A DNA stretch of 64,000 nucleotides from Nitrospirota bacterium (GCA_963845065.1 CAWJQQ010000001.1:352001-416000), one strand, 5' to 3'; positions 50,076 through 60,690 are shown, numbered from the stretch's first letter. Numbers and translations are program-made. Notes: generated from the sequence alone by a model not told the origin.

Positions 50076-52235
50076 ATGAAGAAAGAAGAATTCATAAAAC
50101 GAGAAACAGTTGCATTGATACGTACATATTTGCCCATCCTTTTAGCGTTAGGAGCTGTGGTAGATATCTCGCTAATTATCTTGGATTATTTTGTTGCACC
50201 CGATAAACTTAGACTTTTTCTGGTTTATAGATTCTCGGCAGCCTTTTTAACTCTTCTCTTAGCATCCATTGCTAAATTAAAAAAGAACTTATCGCAATAT
50301 AGTTGCATGATTATTTTGGAATTGGGAACCATCATTACTGCCACAATGATTGAATTAATGATACTTCAGCTCGGCGGCCATCAATCTACCTATTACGCGG
50401 GCTTTACGATTCTTATGATTTTCGTCTTTGGTTTTATGCCGATATCTGTAAAAATGACTTCTCTCATTAATTGCACAATCTATGCTATTTATATTCTGCC
50501 AATTATCTTTTTTGACCATATAACGAACAGCAGGGTATTTATTAACAATAATATTTTTTTAATGGGTGCAGCTTTCGGCAGTCTTGCATGGAGATATGTT
50601 AACCAAAAACTTATTATTAAGGAAATCTCCCTTGAATATGATCTTTCCATGGATAAGAAACAACTCGAAATCTACTCCGTCGAGCTCAAATCCATGGTCG
50701 CAGAAAGGACAAAAGAGCTGGCCAAATCTGAACAGTGGCACCGATCTCTCGTTGACAATGCGACTGACGGGATCGTCGTCCTCGACAGAAACGGAGTGAT
50801 CATCAATATCAATGATAAGGCCTGCGAAATGCACGGATTTACCCGTGAAGCGCTGATTGGCGCCCACGTAAAGCTTCTTGAATCAGACTTCAAAAAGGAA
50901 GAGATGGCCGGAAGAATGAAACGCATCCTGAATGGCGAGAGCCAGGTCTTCGAATCCGTGCATAACAAGAAGGACGGCACTCCCATTTATCTCGAGATAA
51001 GTTCCAAGGCGATCACGATCGGGGACGAGCTGTTCATCCAGTCCTTTTACCGTGACATCACTGAAAAGAAAAAACTCCAGGAATATCTTTTCCAATCTCA
51101 AAAAATGGAATCAATCGGCGTTCTCGCCGGCGGCATCGCCCACGATTTCAACAATATCCTAACGGCAATTCTCGGCCATGCGTCAATCATGCGCCGTAGT
51201 GCCTTGGAGGATAAAGCCATGCGCAGCTTGAACGTGATCGAAGATGCTTCGCGAAAAGCGGGGAGAATGATCTCAAAGCTTCTCGGCTTCGCGCGTAAGA
51301 GCAACTATGAGTTCGTATCGCTAAATCTGAACGATATAGTCTATGAGACGGTGAGACTTCTCGAACGGATGATTGACGAGAAGATCAGTCTCAGCGTAGA
51401 CCTCGACAATCGACTGCCACCAATTCAGGGAGATATGAACCAGATGGAACAGGTCATCATGAATCTCATCGTCAACGCCCGTGACGCCATGCCAAAAGGC
51501 GGCAGCATCGTCATCAAGACAATTGCAAAAGAAATCGTTGAGAACATGCCTGACGTGCCACCCTACATCTTGCCGGGAGAGTATGTTCTACTGAGTATCA
51601 CGGATACGGGAACGGGCATGAGCAAGGATGTCTTGAACAGGATATTTGAACCGTTCTATACAACGAAAGAACGTGGAAAAGGTACCGGGCTTGGCCTTTC
51701 AATGGTCTATGGGACTGTTAAAGAACACAAGGGATACATTGTGGTACAGAGCGAACCGGGCATGGGAACCGTCTTTACCATCTACGTTCCTGCCTTAGTA
51801 TCAGCCATTCGAACGGAAGTTAAGAGACCGGTAACTTCCGTCAGTGGAAATGAAACGGTACTGATCGTCGACGATGAACATGATATTCTGAAAGCAATGC
51901 AGGATACCCTCTCAAGCCATGGTTACAAGGTATTTGCTGTCAGCGATCCAATCTCTGCGCTTGATATTGTAAAAAAGATGCCGCGGGATATAGACCTGGT
52001 GATAACGGACATCGTCATGCCCCGATTAAATGGCAAAGAGCTTATCAACGAGATAAAAACGATCAACACCGACGTCAAGGTCCTGGCCATTTCCGGGTAC
52101 ACGAAATATGTTGCGCAGACAGAGGAGATTGGCGAGATCAACGGATTCCTGCAGAAGCCCTTCGAATCATATTACTTGCTGTCTGTGGTGCGACGCATCC
52201 TTGATGCTCAACCCCATGATCTAGTCAAGACTTGA
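50076..52235 (+). CDS. Hybrid sensor histidine kinase (multi-TM sensor, PAS, HisKA, HATPase, REC)
   Basis: About 5-6 TM helices; LAGGIAHDFNNIL; NARDAM; GTGLGL; LIVDDE...TDIVMP...KPF. Confidence 0.93.
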   Translation: MKKEEFIKRETVALIRTYLPILLALGAVVDISLIILDYFVAPDKLRLFLVYRFSAAFLTLLLASIAKLKKNLSQYSCMIILELGTIITATMIELMILQLGGHQSTYYAGFTILMIFVFGFMPISVKMTSLINCTIYAIYILPIIFFDHITNSRVFINNNIFLMGAAFGSLAWRYVNQKLIIKEISLEYDLSMDKKQLEIYSVELKSMVAERTKELAKSEQWHRSLVDNATDGIVVLDRNGVIININDKACEMHGFTREALIGAHVKLLESDFKKEEMAGRMKRILNGESQVFESVHNKKDGTPIYLEISSKAITIGDELFIQSFYRDITEKKKLQEYLFQSQKMESIGVLAGGIAHDFNNILTAILGHASIMRRSALEDKAMRSLNVIEDASRKAGRMISKLLGFARKSNYEFVSLNLNDIVYETVRLLERMIDEKISLSVDLDNRLPPIQGDMNQMEQVIMNLIVNARDAMPKGGSIVIKTIAKEIVENMPDVPPYILPGEYVLLSITDTGTGMSKDVLNRIFEPFYTTKERGKGTGLGLSMVYGTVKEHKGYIVVQSEPGMGTVFTIYVPALVSAIRTEVKRPVTSVSGNETVLIVDDEHDILKAMQDTLSSHGYKVFAVSDPISALDIVKKMPRDIDLVITDIVMPRLNGKELINEIKTINTDVKVLAISGYTKYVAQTEEIGEINGFLQKPFESYYLLSVVRRILDAQPHDLVKT

Positions 52236-52784
52236 CAGCCGCATTTTTAGCATAAACGCTCCCCTCTGTTCAAAAAAATCAAACACATATCAGCGACTGG
52301 CTGGGCGGCACGATGCCTTAACAGGCTGCTAAAAAACACCAATTATGTCATTGCGTGTAGCGATTTTTGCAACATGGCAATCTCTAACCTACTGATTTGT
52401 GCTTATGCGACAGAAAGGATATGAAGGCCATGCGTGATGGAAACATGCATAGCGTTATTTGCCAGAAAGAATACTTTGACCGGACACTTACCACACTCGT
52501 CTCCCAAGACCGGTGTGATTTGTAAGACCGCATCGGTGACTACAATGGTCACTACTTATCCAATAAACCTATCGCGCAAAGCTGTATTCCTCCTTGCAAT
52601 GGCAGCGTTTATCATGATTGCCTCCATAAAATTATAGTTGTTAAAAGCGCGGATTTGAAACCTTATCAGGATGTACTTAGGAATTTGCGTGACGAGTAAG
52701 GCTGCGATGTGCGGGAAGTGAAATTAAACGGTGACGAAGACCGCAATAAAATCTTCGATAGCAATCCCAGCACCATAGTCGCCA

Positions 52785-53120
52785 TTGGTACAGTCGCAGG
52801 AGCTTTATGCCGCGTCGACTGAGATCTCGACACTCGAGTCGAGGGTCGAGGAGCGGGAAAGATACCTGATAGCAGCAGATCTGCATGATTATGTGGGACA
52901 AAATATTGTAGTATTGCAGCTAAAGTTGGGGTTGCTGCAGAGATCCCTCTCTGATCCGAGCATTCTCAAACATGTTGAGGAAATCAGAGAGATTATCGCG
53001 AAGACAATTCGGTATAAGCGGTCCTTAACGGTGGAACTTAATCCGCCTATTCTTGTAGAAATCGGATTTAAGGCAGCCGTTGAATCGCTTGCAAAGGCGT
53101 TCGAAAAATGTATGGGCTAA
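52785..53120 (+). pseudogene. HisKA_3 (NarX-type) kinase fragment
   Basis: EERERYLIAADLHDYVGQ...LNPPILVEIG; no ATPase domain. Confidence 0.7.
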
Positions 53121-53161
53121 CGACCCGAAGTTTAATCGTAGACCTTGCCTGTCAACGGGAA

Positions 53162-53956
53162 CTAGGCCTTCCAGTTCGGCTTACGCTTCTCGATGAATGC
53201 ATCCATGCCTTCGCGGCCTTCCTCATGAGCGAAGCTGCAGGCCATGACGTTAGCCACAAGCTCGTAGGCGCGCTCGAGACCGAGGTCCATCTGCTGATAG
53301 AACGCGTGTTTCCCGGCCGCCACAGTAGTGGGTGGCTTCTCAACGATCCGGCGAGCGAGCCTTTCCACTTCCGCGTCCAGCTGTTCGGCGGGCACAACCC
53401 GGTTGACGAGTCCCCATTCCAGCGCCCGTTTCGCGTCAATCAAGTCGCCGGTCAGCAGCATTTCCATCGCATGCTTGCGCTGGAGGTTCCTACCGACCGC
53501 CACGCCGGGCGTTGAGCAGAAGAAACCCCAGGTTACACCAGGCGTCGCGAACTTTGCTGCCTCGGACGCCACGGCGAGGTCACACTGGGCGACGAGTTGG
53601 CAGCCCGCAGCCGCCGCGGCCCCCTGCACGCGCGCAATCACCGGCTGCGGCAGGCGCACGATTGACATCATCATGCGGCTGCACTTGCGGAAGAGCTGCT
53701 CGATCTTCGGCTGCTCGTGAAGCTCCCGAATTTCCTTCAGGTCGTGCCCGGCGCAGAAGGCCTTGCCGGCCCCCGACAGAACGACGACTCTGACGTTGGA
53801 GGCATTTGCGATTGTGTCGAGCGCCGACTGCAGGGCATCCAGCATCTCGCCAGTTAGCAGGTTCATCTGTAGCGGGCGATTCATGGTGAGAAACGCAATG
53901 CCCTCGCGATCCTCACGCACTATAATGGCCTGTTCAGGTTGGGGCATGGAACTCAT
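53162..53956 (-). CDS. Enoyl-CoA hydratase/isomerase-family protein
   Basis: AFCAGHDL, AAAAGCQLVAQCD, GLVNRVV, FIEKRKP; AGGAGG RBS. Confidence 0.9.
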   Translation of the reverse strand: MSSMPQPEQAIIVREDREGIAFLTMNRPLQMNLLTGEMLDALQSALDTIANASNVRVVVLSGAGKAFCAGHDLKEIRELHEQPKIEQLFRKCSRMMMSIVRLPQPVIARVQGAAAAAGCQLVAQCDLAVASEAAKFATPGVTWGFFCSTPGVAVGRNLQRKHAMEMLLTGDLIDAKRALEWGLVNRVVPAEQLDAEVERLARRIVEKPPTTVAAGKHAFYQQMDLGLERAYELVANVMACSFAHEEGREGMDAFIEKRKPNWKA

Positions 53957-53966
53957 AGAATCCTCC

Positions 53967-55616
53967 TTATGTGTCGATCGTGGCGGACGATCTGGCCCGC
54001 TCGCGCAGAATGTATTTCTGGACCTTGCCGGTCGAAGTCCGCGGCAACTCGCAGAACACGATGCATTTGGGCACTTTGAAGCGCGCAAGGTGCTGGCAGC
54101 AGAACGCGACGATCTCGCTTTCGGAGGTTTTCTCGCCCTTCTTCAGTTCGACAAATGCGCACGGAGTCTCACCCCATTTCTGGTCCGGCTGCGCCACCAC
54201 CGCTGCGGCCATCACCGCCGGATGCTGGTATAGCACGTCCTCCACCTCGAGCGAGCTGATGTTTTCACCGCCCGAGATGATGACGTCCTTCGAGCGGTCC
54301 TTAATTTTGATGTAACCGTCCGGGTGCACCACCGCGAGATCGCCCGAGTGGAACCAGCCGCCGGCGAACGCCTCCTGCGTTGCCTTCGGGTTTTTCAAGT
54401 ATCCCTTCATGGTGATGTTTCCGCGGAACATGATTTCCCCTATGGTCTCGCCGTCTTGAGGTACCGGCTTCATAGTCAGGGGATCCATCACCGTCACCGC
54501 CTCCACGACGGGATAGGGCACCCCTTGCCGGCCATTGAGCTGCGCCTGCTCAGCAAGCGGCAGGCACTCCCACTCGGTATGTTTCGCGCATATCGCGGCG
54601 GGGCCGTACGTTTCGGTGAGCCCATAGACGTGGGTGATCGAGAAGCCCATCTTCTCCATCCCCTCGATGATCGCGACGGGCGGCGCCGCACCCGCAACGA
54701 AAGCACTGATCTTCCAGTCAATGCCTTTTTTGAGCTCGGTGGGGGCGTTGATCAGCGCGGTGTGGACAACCGGGGCACCACAGTAGTGCGTTACGCGGTG
54801 CTCTTTGATGAGCCCGAAGATCATTGCCGCATCGACTTTGCGCAAGCACACGCTGGTGCCGGCGTTTGCCGCCAGCGTCCAGGGAAAACACCAGCCGTTG
54901 CAATGGAACATCGGCAGCGTCCAGAGATACACCGCATGGTGCGGCATCGCCCACGCCAGTATGTTGCCAATAGCGTTAAGAAACGCGCCGCGGTGGTGGT
55001 ACACCACGCCTTTCGGGTTGCCGGTAGTGCCGGAAGTATAGTTGAGGGAAATTGCATCCCATTCGTCTTCCGGCCCAACCCACGGATATCCCGGGTCCCC
55101 TTCCGCGAGCAGTGTCTCGTACTCCAGACTGCCGACGTGCACTCCAGGACCAGAGTACTCGGGATCGTCCACATCCACCACCAGGATTGAACGTCCCAGC
55201 AACTGCAGCACCTTTGCAACGGTAGCCGAGTACTCCCGATCGGCGATTAGCACCTTCGACTCTGCATGGTTGAGCATAAACGCAATCGCCTCGGCATCCA
55301 GCCGTGTATTCAGCGTGTTCAGCACCGCACCGCACATCGGTACGCCGAATTGCGCCTCATACATGGGCGGGATGTTGGGCAACATAACTGAGACGGTGTC
55401 ACTAACTCCTATCCCGCGCTTTGCGAGCGCGGAGGCGAGGCGACGGCAGCGGGCGTAGGTTTCCTTCCACGTGTAGCGCTGCGCGCCATGGATAACCGAT
55501 GTCCTGTCAGGATATATGCTCGCCGTGCGGTCCAGGAATGAAAGCGGGCTTAGCTGCGCATAGTTGGCCTTATTCTTGTCGAGTTCGGGCCGGTATTGGG
55601 CATCAGCACTGGTCAT
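53967..55616 (-). CDS. Acyl-CoA synthetase (AMP-forming)
   Basis: YTSGTTGNPKG, YGLTE, SGDLA, ISGGEN, TSTGK; AGGAGG RBS before ATG 55616. Confidence 0.93.
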   Translation of the reverse strand: MTSADAQYRPELDKNKANYAQLSPLSFLDRTASIYPDRTSVIHGAQRYTWKETYARCRRLASALAKRGIGVSDTVSVMLPNIPPMYEAQFGVPMCGAVLNTLNTRLDAEAIAFMLNHAESKVLIADREYSATVAKVLQLLGRSILVVDVDDPEYSGPGVHVGSLEYETLLAEGDPGYPWVGPEDEWDAISLNYTSGTTGNPKGVVYHHRGAFLNAIGNILAWAMPHHAVYLWTLPMFHCNGWCFPWTLAANAGTSVCLRKVDAAMIFGLIKEHRVTHYCGAPVVHTALINAPTELKKGIDWKISAFVAGAAPPVAIIEGMEKMGFSITHVYGLTETYGPAAICAKHTEWECLPLAEQAQLNGRQGVPYPVVEAVTVMDPLTMKPVPQDGETIGEIMFRGNITMKGYLKNPKATQEAFAGGWFHSGDLAVVHPDGYIKIKDRSKDVIISGGENISSLEVEDVLYQHPAVMAAAVVAQPDQKWGETPCAFVELKKGEKTSESEIVAFCCQHLARFKVPKCIVFCELPRTSTGKVQKYILRERARSSATIDT

Positions 55617-55810
55617 AGTAAGCCTCCTTGCGTCCGACGCAAGATCGTAAAGCCGGGAAAGCTGAGACGAAAACCGTTTGTGATAATTTCGGCTGCCACA
55701 TGTAAAGCAATATTTTTTCTCCTGCCCATAATCGTCCTCCTTCACTTATGAAACCGTTTCATGGCTTTAATTGCTCTAACGGAGCTGTCTCTCTTACAAG
55801 ATTAATTTAC

Positions 55811-57491
55811 CAAACTATCCGCAGAAAGCCCCTGGTTTTAACCATGGGGATGAATGCGGGAACTTTGTTTTTCAGCAATTGCTAGACAAATGTATATCTA
55901 TATGGTATAGTTGAGCAATCAATGCCAGATAAACTTAAAACTCCAACATTTATCCACGAGTTTCAACTCGTAACAACCCCAAAAGACAATCGAATGCTTA
56001 ATGTCCGACTCGAAGCTGGTCGTTATCTATATAATGCCTGTCTTGGTGAAGCGATGAAACGTCTTGCCGCCATGCGTAGCTCTAAAAAATGGCGTTCAGC
56101 GATCAAGAAGAAAAAGAGCAAGCTACGCACTAAAATGTTCAAGACAGCCAGAAACATAGCTGAATATACCGAATACCATCTCCATGATTATGTCGGCATC
56201 CTACGTAACTCCTGTTGGATCGGAGACCATATTGACAGCCTGGCCGCCCAAAAGATAGCGACCAGGTCGTTTGATGCCGTTGCTGACTACGAGTTCGGCA
56301 AGCATGGGAAACCACGGTTCAAGCGTCGCGGCTGGATGTCTTCGCTCGAAGGCAAAAACAACAAGTCTGGTATTCGGTGGTGCGATGACCATGTTGAATG
56401 GTCTGGACTTAGCCTTACCTGTGTCTTCGACAAAAAAGACAAGTTTGGCGTTCAGGCACATGCGCTTAGCCATGATGTTAAATATGTTCGTTTGGTGAAG
56501 AAAACCATCTGCGGTAACGCCTGCTGGTTCGCCCAACTCGTGCTTAAAGGCACGGCCAGGATCAAGCGTGAAAATATGATCGGCACCGAAACGGTCGGCC
56601 TTGATATTGGTCCATCCACGGGTGCTATCGTTAGCGATACCGATGCGTTGCTCGTAGCATTTTGTCCGGAAGTCGAGATTCCGTACAAACAAATCCGCGT
56701 GGTTCAGCGTAAGATGGCCAGAAGCCTGAGGGCTGCCAACCCGGACAACTACAACGAAGACGGCACGACTAAGACTGGTGCCGGCAAGGGTAAAAAGCGG
56801 TGGATATTCTCTGCTAAATACCGTGCGCTTAAGGCTGAACTAGCCGAGCTACAGCGAGTTTTGGCTGAAACCAGAAAACGGGCTCATGGCACGTTAGCCA
56901 ATGAAATTCTTAAGCTCGGAACCAACATAAAGACCGAGAAACTGTCGTACAGAGCATTCCAGAAACTCTATGGTAAAAGTATTTCAAGACGCGCTCCGGG
57001 GATGTTTATTTCGATGCTTCGCCGCAAAGCCGAAAACGCTGGCGGTAAAGTAACTGAATTTTCTACCCGGAGCACGAAGCTTTCAGAGACATGCCACTGC
57101 GGGGAAGTAGCCAAAAAACCGCTATCCCACAGATGGCATGACTGTAACTGCGGGGTAAACACTCAACGCGATCTCTACTCCGCATATCTTGCAAAATATG
57201 TTTTTGAAAATGCCCTCGACACGCGCCAGGCTTTAGCAGCCTGGCCGGGTGCAAACCTGCTCCTGGAACGGGCGGTGTTGAGGGTGCAGTTTGAAGCGGC
57301 AAATGGTCGGATTCATCCGGCCAGCTTCGGTATTAACAACATGAGAGCCAACACCACGAACCGGAGACAGAGTTGCTTGCCCGTTAAAAACGGATCAACG
57401 ATAGTCGATGCCGGCAATGTCTGTATTGTTGCCGAAAAGCCTGTCGGTATTGCCGTTAGAACCCCCTGTCTTTAGACATGGGGTAGGTCAG
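55811..57491 (+). mobile_element. IS200/IS605-family TnpB-only element with IS608-like ends
   Basis: TTAC|CAAACT...AAAG-CCCCTGGTTTTAACCATGGGG left end; GAAC-CCCCTGTCTTTAGACATGGGG-TAGGTCAG| right end; no tnpA. Confidence 0.88.
55922..57475 (+). CDS. tnpB: TnpB RNA-guided nuclease
   Basis: GKPRFKR; RuvC D (GLDIG), E (KTEKL), D (QRDLYSA); CHCG/CNCG Zn motif. Confidence 0.9.
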   Translation: MPDKLKTPTFIHEFQLVTTPKDNRMLNVRLEAGRYLYNACLGEAMKRLAAMRSSKKWRSAIKKKKSKLRTKMFKTARNIAEYTEYHLHDYVGILRNSCWIGDHIDSLAAQKIATRSFDAVADYEFGKHGKPRFKRRGWMSSLEGKNNKSGIRWCDDHVEWSGLSLTCVFDKKDKFGVQAHALSHDVKYVRLVKKTICGNACWFAQLVLKGTARIKRENMIGTETVGLDIGPSTGAIVSDTDALLVAFCPEVEIPYKQIRVVQRKMARSLRAANPDNYNEDGTTKTGAGKGKKRWIFSAKYRALKAELAELQRVLAETRKRAHGTLANEILKLGTNIKTEKLSYRAFQKLYGKSISRRAPGMFISMLRRKAENAGGKVTEFSTRSTKLSETCHCGEVAKKPLSHRWHDCNCGVNTQRDLYSAYLAKYVFENALDTRQALAAWPGANLLLERAVLRVQFEAANGRIHPASFGINNMRANTTNRRQSCLPVKNGSTIVDAGNVCIVAEKPVGIAVRTPCL

Positions 57492-57943
57492 TAAGGAGAT
57501 GCATCGTTGATGCCGATCTTTTTTCATGGCCGGGTACCTCCTAAATCGAGAGGAATTTTTGCCTTAATGATATGTCTATCATTGTGCAAAGTAAAGCAGA
57601 TTTTTCTGTACGCGTTTAACTATTTTTCCCCCATAATTAGTCGGAAATCCAAAGCTGCTCCCTAATACCTCCTTCTTCATTACGAAGGCACTTAAGAACG
57701 TTGATATCGTCAGTGGAGCGGTTCTGGGCGTCGGCCGATCGCTTAATCACACAACTGTCCGATAATGTTCAACAGGAATCGACATTCTGAAGCACATGGA
57801 ACTTTACATCCTGGGGTGAAAACCTTTCTTAGTCATGTTCCTTTCATAACGAAATCGAGAGTTATTTGCTGACTTGAAAAATGCGACTTAGTGGCTGTAC
57901 TTCTCGATTTCAGGTCTTTCACAAGGCATTTGTGTTCCGCTTG

Positions 57944-58135
57944 TAGACATAATGGTTGACAGTTAAAAAAGTGACCTGCCCCTTGTCACCGTGGGTTATA
58001 CTTGGATGCAATAGGTGTCCAAATACAGAGCCACAAACAAGGAAACAGGTCATGAAGAATTTTATCACAATAGTAGGTCTCGATTCAGCAAAAAATTCAA
58101 TAGCAGTGGCAACTGCCGAAACCGATGGCAATCAT
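57944..58135 (+). mobile_element. Left-end fragment of a related IS110/IS1111 element
   Basis: CATAATGGTTGACAGTT sub-terminal IR; ATG 58052 gives MKNFITIVGLDSAKNSIAVATA, near-identical to 40368-40440 on the minus strand. Confidence 0.8.
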
Positions 58136-58208
58136 CACTTTCCTCAATGTACTTTTTGTGATACTATTGAAGTTAGATGGCGAGAATTTTCCGGGGAAGG
58201 ACAGGGCA

Positions 58209-58688
58209 ATGCGAAAGATTTTGATCGGTGTTCACGACAAGTACTGCTCCATGCGTGCCGTGGAATTCATGGGAAAACAATTTGCACTCAATGACAACCT
58301 CGAGGTTCTGCTTGTGCACGTGCTTCCAAGTCTTCCAGCCATGTTCTGGGACGAGGGCCACATTCTCACCGAGACAGAGAAACAGGATCGGCAGAAGGTC
58401 GTTGACACCTGGATCGCGAAACAGCAGGAAATGATCGAACCCATCCTGCAGTCCATGGTGCGCGACCTCGTCAAGAGCGGGCTTCGGACCGAGCAGGTGA
58501 AGACCAAGTTCATCTCCGGTTCGGTCGATGTGGCGGACAGCCTCCTGGACGAGTCAAGGGCCGGCGAATACGAGGTCATCCTACTGGGACGTTGCGGGAT
58601 TCACGAGGGAAAGCACCTGCTCGTGTGCAGCATCGCAAGCAAACTCATCCAAAACGCGGCCGATCTGGCGGTATGCATCGTTCAGTAG
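58209..58688 (+). CDS. Universal stress protein
   Basis: MRKILIGV, LVHVLP, VILLGRCG, SIASKLIQNA...VCIV. Confidence 0.85.
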   Translation: MRKILIGVHDKYCSMRAVEFMGKQFALNDNLEVLLVHVLPSLPAMFWDEGHILTETEKQDRQKVVDTWIAKQQEMIEPILQSMVRDLVKSGLRTEQVKTKFISGSVDVADSLLDESRAGEYEVILLGRCGIHEGKHLLVCSIASKLIQNAADLAVCIVQ

Positions 58689-58966
58689 TATCCGAAGAGG
58701 CTCCGTCCGGAAGATACTCGTGATACTAAGTAGTCCTGTTCGTAAGTTCGGTGACGTATTCTCGATTATGCGCATTTCAACAAAACGTCCCCCAGGGCCT
58801 ATTAAAATTTTAACCAAACGCTATCATCTCTCAGTTCACGATCGACTAGACGACCGGGGCGCCCGCTCTACAAAAAACTTCGGGATGAATCCCCTGGCGC
58901 AGAGATACAATCCTTGAATCTATGTTGACTTCTCTTAATTTGAAATTCAATTGTTGTGGAGGATAT

Positions 58967-59530
58967 ATGAATAAAGCAGCAATGAGAACGGTACTCATCG
59001 TTTGTTTATTATGTATAGCTGCATGCGCCACTGCCACAACTAAAAAATTTGTTAATAACCCCCAGCGATTAGAATCTATTCAAAGAATTGCCGTAATTCC
59101 TTTTTCTGCTAAAAATACCGATATGGGATCTGCGGTTGCTGAATCGTTATCTGCAAATTTACTCAATTCACGGTTCACTGTAATAGAAAGAACACAACTT
59201 GATAAAATTCTAGCGGAACAAGGGCTTTCTCTCGCAGGAGTTTTGCAAGACCAGCAATCGATTATCGGTAAAATAAAAGGAATTGATGCGATTATTGTTG
59301 GCAGTGCGACAATATCTAATGGTTTCGCTGGATTGTTAAATGGCGGCTACCGAGATTATATTTCTAACTGCTCAGCCCGGCTGATTGATGTTGTGACTGG
59401 CGAAATTCTATTTGCGGCAACTTACACATCTAGTAGACCAAGAAACCAACACGGATTTGTTACACCAACCGATGTTGGCGAGTTGCTCGCACAAGAATTG
59501 ATTCATATTGATCAGGCAAATCACCGCTGA
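58967..59530 (+). CDS. CsgG/HfaB-like lipoprotein
   Basis: Lipobox IAAC; RIAVIPF, FTVIERTQLDKILAEQ, ARLIDVVTGEI. Confidence 0.75.
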   Translation: MNKAAMRTVLIVCLLCIAACATATTKKFVNNPQRLESIQRIAVIPFSAKNTDMGSAVAESLSANLLNSRFTVIERTQLDKILAEQGLSLAGVLQDQQSIIGKIKGIDAIIVGSATISNGFAGLLNGGYRDYISNCSARLIDVVTGEILFAATYTSSRPRNQHGFVTPTDVGELLAQELIHIDQANHR

Positions 59531-60139
59531 GAATGCTTATGATTCACACATGCTTGAACTTGTAAATGTTGCGGCCTTAAATAACTCAAACACTACATTC
59601 GGACCGTTGACATACTACGATATCCATTCGGCCTAATTGACAGGCCCTTTAAACAGGCATATAATCCTAACCATCCTAAGAATCGCGAGAAGCACGTCTA
59701 GCTCTATACGCAATCTTTTGAACTTAATAAAATAGAAGAACGACATTTTTTGATACTTTTATCTGGTCCGTTATTGTGCCATCCCTCCTGCGCGGAATTC
59801 TTTCAGGCCAATGGTAAAGCATATTGGGCTGTTTATCTGGAATATAACGTTTTCCTCGAACCTGGAGCGGAGAAACAGTCCTCGTGCTCATTGTCATGTT
59901 TCATGTAGTATTATGCATAGATTTGTAGTCAACACCTAGGCAAGTTTGTAAGTGATGTTCAGGTCGCCCAGTCCGGGAAAGAATCGGTGAATACTGTTTG
60001 AAGTATGTAGAGATAAGTTCCTCCTAAAATTATGAGGATACAAGGAGGTCTTTAATGAGAAGTGTGAGTAGCCTGGCAAGAAAAACAATGCTCGGATTCA
60101 TTTGTCTCAGGCATGATTTCTCAGCAGGAAGGAGCTTGC

Positions 60140-60646
60140 ATGGAAGGCAAACGCGTAACGAACAGCAGCGTCATCATGGCGCAGATGATGATCCCCCAGG
60201 ACGCTAACCCCGCAGGGAACGTCCATGGCGGTGTGGTCGTGAAGATCATCGACGAGGCGGCTGGAGTGGTCGCCGCGCGCCATTCCCGTATGAACGTTGT
60301 CACTGCGTCCATCGACCGCATGGACTTTCATAACCCCATTTTCGTCGGCGACCTCCTTTTCTTCAAGGCAAGCCTGAACTCTGTCGGCAGGACTTCCATG
60401 GAGATCGGTGTGCGCGTGGAGGCCGAGAACCTGAAGACCGGCGAGGTGCGCCACGCAGCCTCGGCTTATCTCACCTTTGTTGCAATCGACCAACAGAGTA
60501 AACCCGTGCCCGTACCGCCGCTTGTCCTCGAGACCGAGGAGGAAAGACGAAGGAACAACGACGCGCGCTCCCGCAGGGCAATGCGGCTGGCCGAGCGGAA
60601 CCGGCAGGCGCAGTGCAAGCAAGACTCGGACGCCTGTTCGCAGTGA
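60140..60646 (+). CDS. Acyl-CoA thioesterase (hotdog fold, YciA-like)
   Basis: DANPAGNVHGG...IDEAA, VGRTSMEIGV, AYLTFVAID. Confidence 0.92.
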   Translation: MEGKRVTNSSVIMAQMMIPQDANPAGNVHGGVVVKIIDEAAGVVAARHSRMNVVTASIDRMDFHNPIFVGDLLFFKASLNSVGRTSMEIGVRVEAENLKTGEVRHAASAYLTFVAIDQQSKPVPVPPLVLETEEERRRNNDARSRRAMRLAERNRQAQCKQDSDACSQ

Positions 60647-60690
60647 GGTCATGATGACTGTGTCAGACTTGAATCTAGAGCTAGTAGTAT

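Noticed and set aside
52318..52384. IS5-like TIR (TTAA|CAGGCTGCTAAAAAAC) and a GTCATTGCG...GCAATCTC motif
   Set aside because: Single short end with no partner or transposase; too weak to call.
57492..57541. Minus-strand AGGAGG + ATG (MKKDRHQRCISL) apparently cut by the TnpB element
   Set aside because: Rejoining the flanks gives only about 14 codons; no evidence for a real gene.
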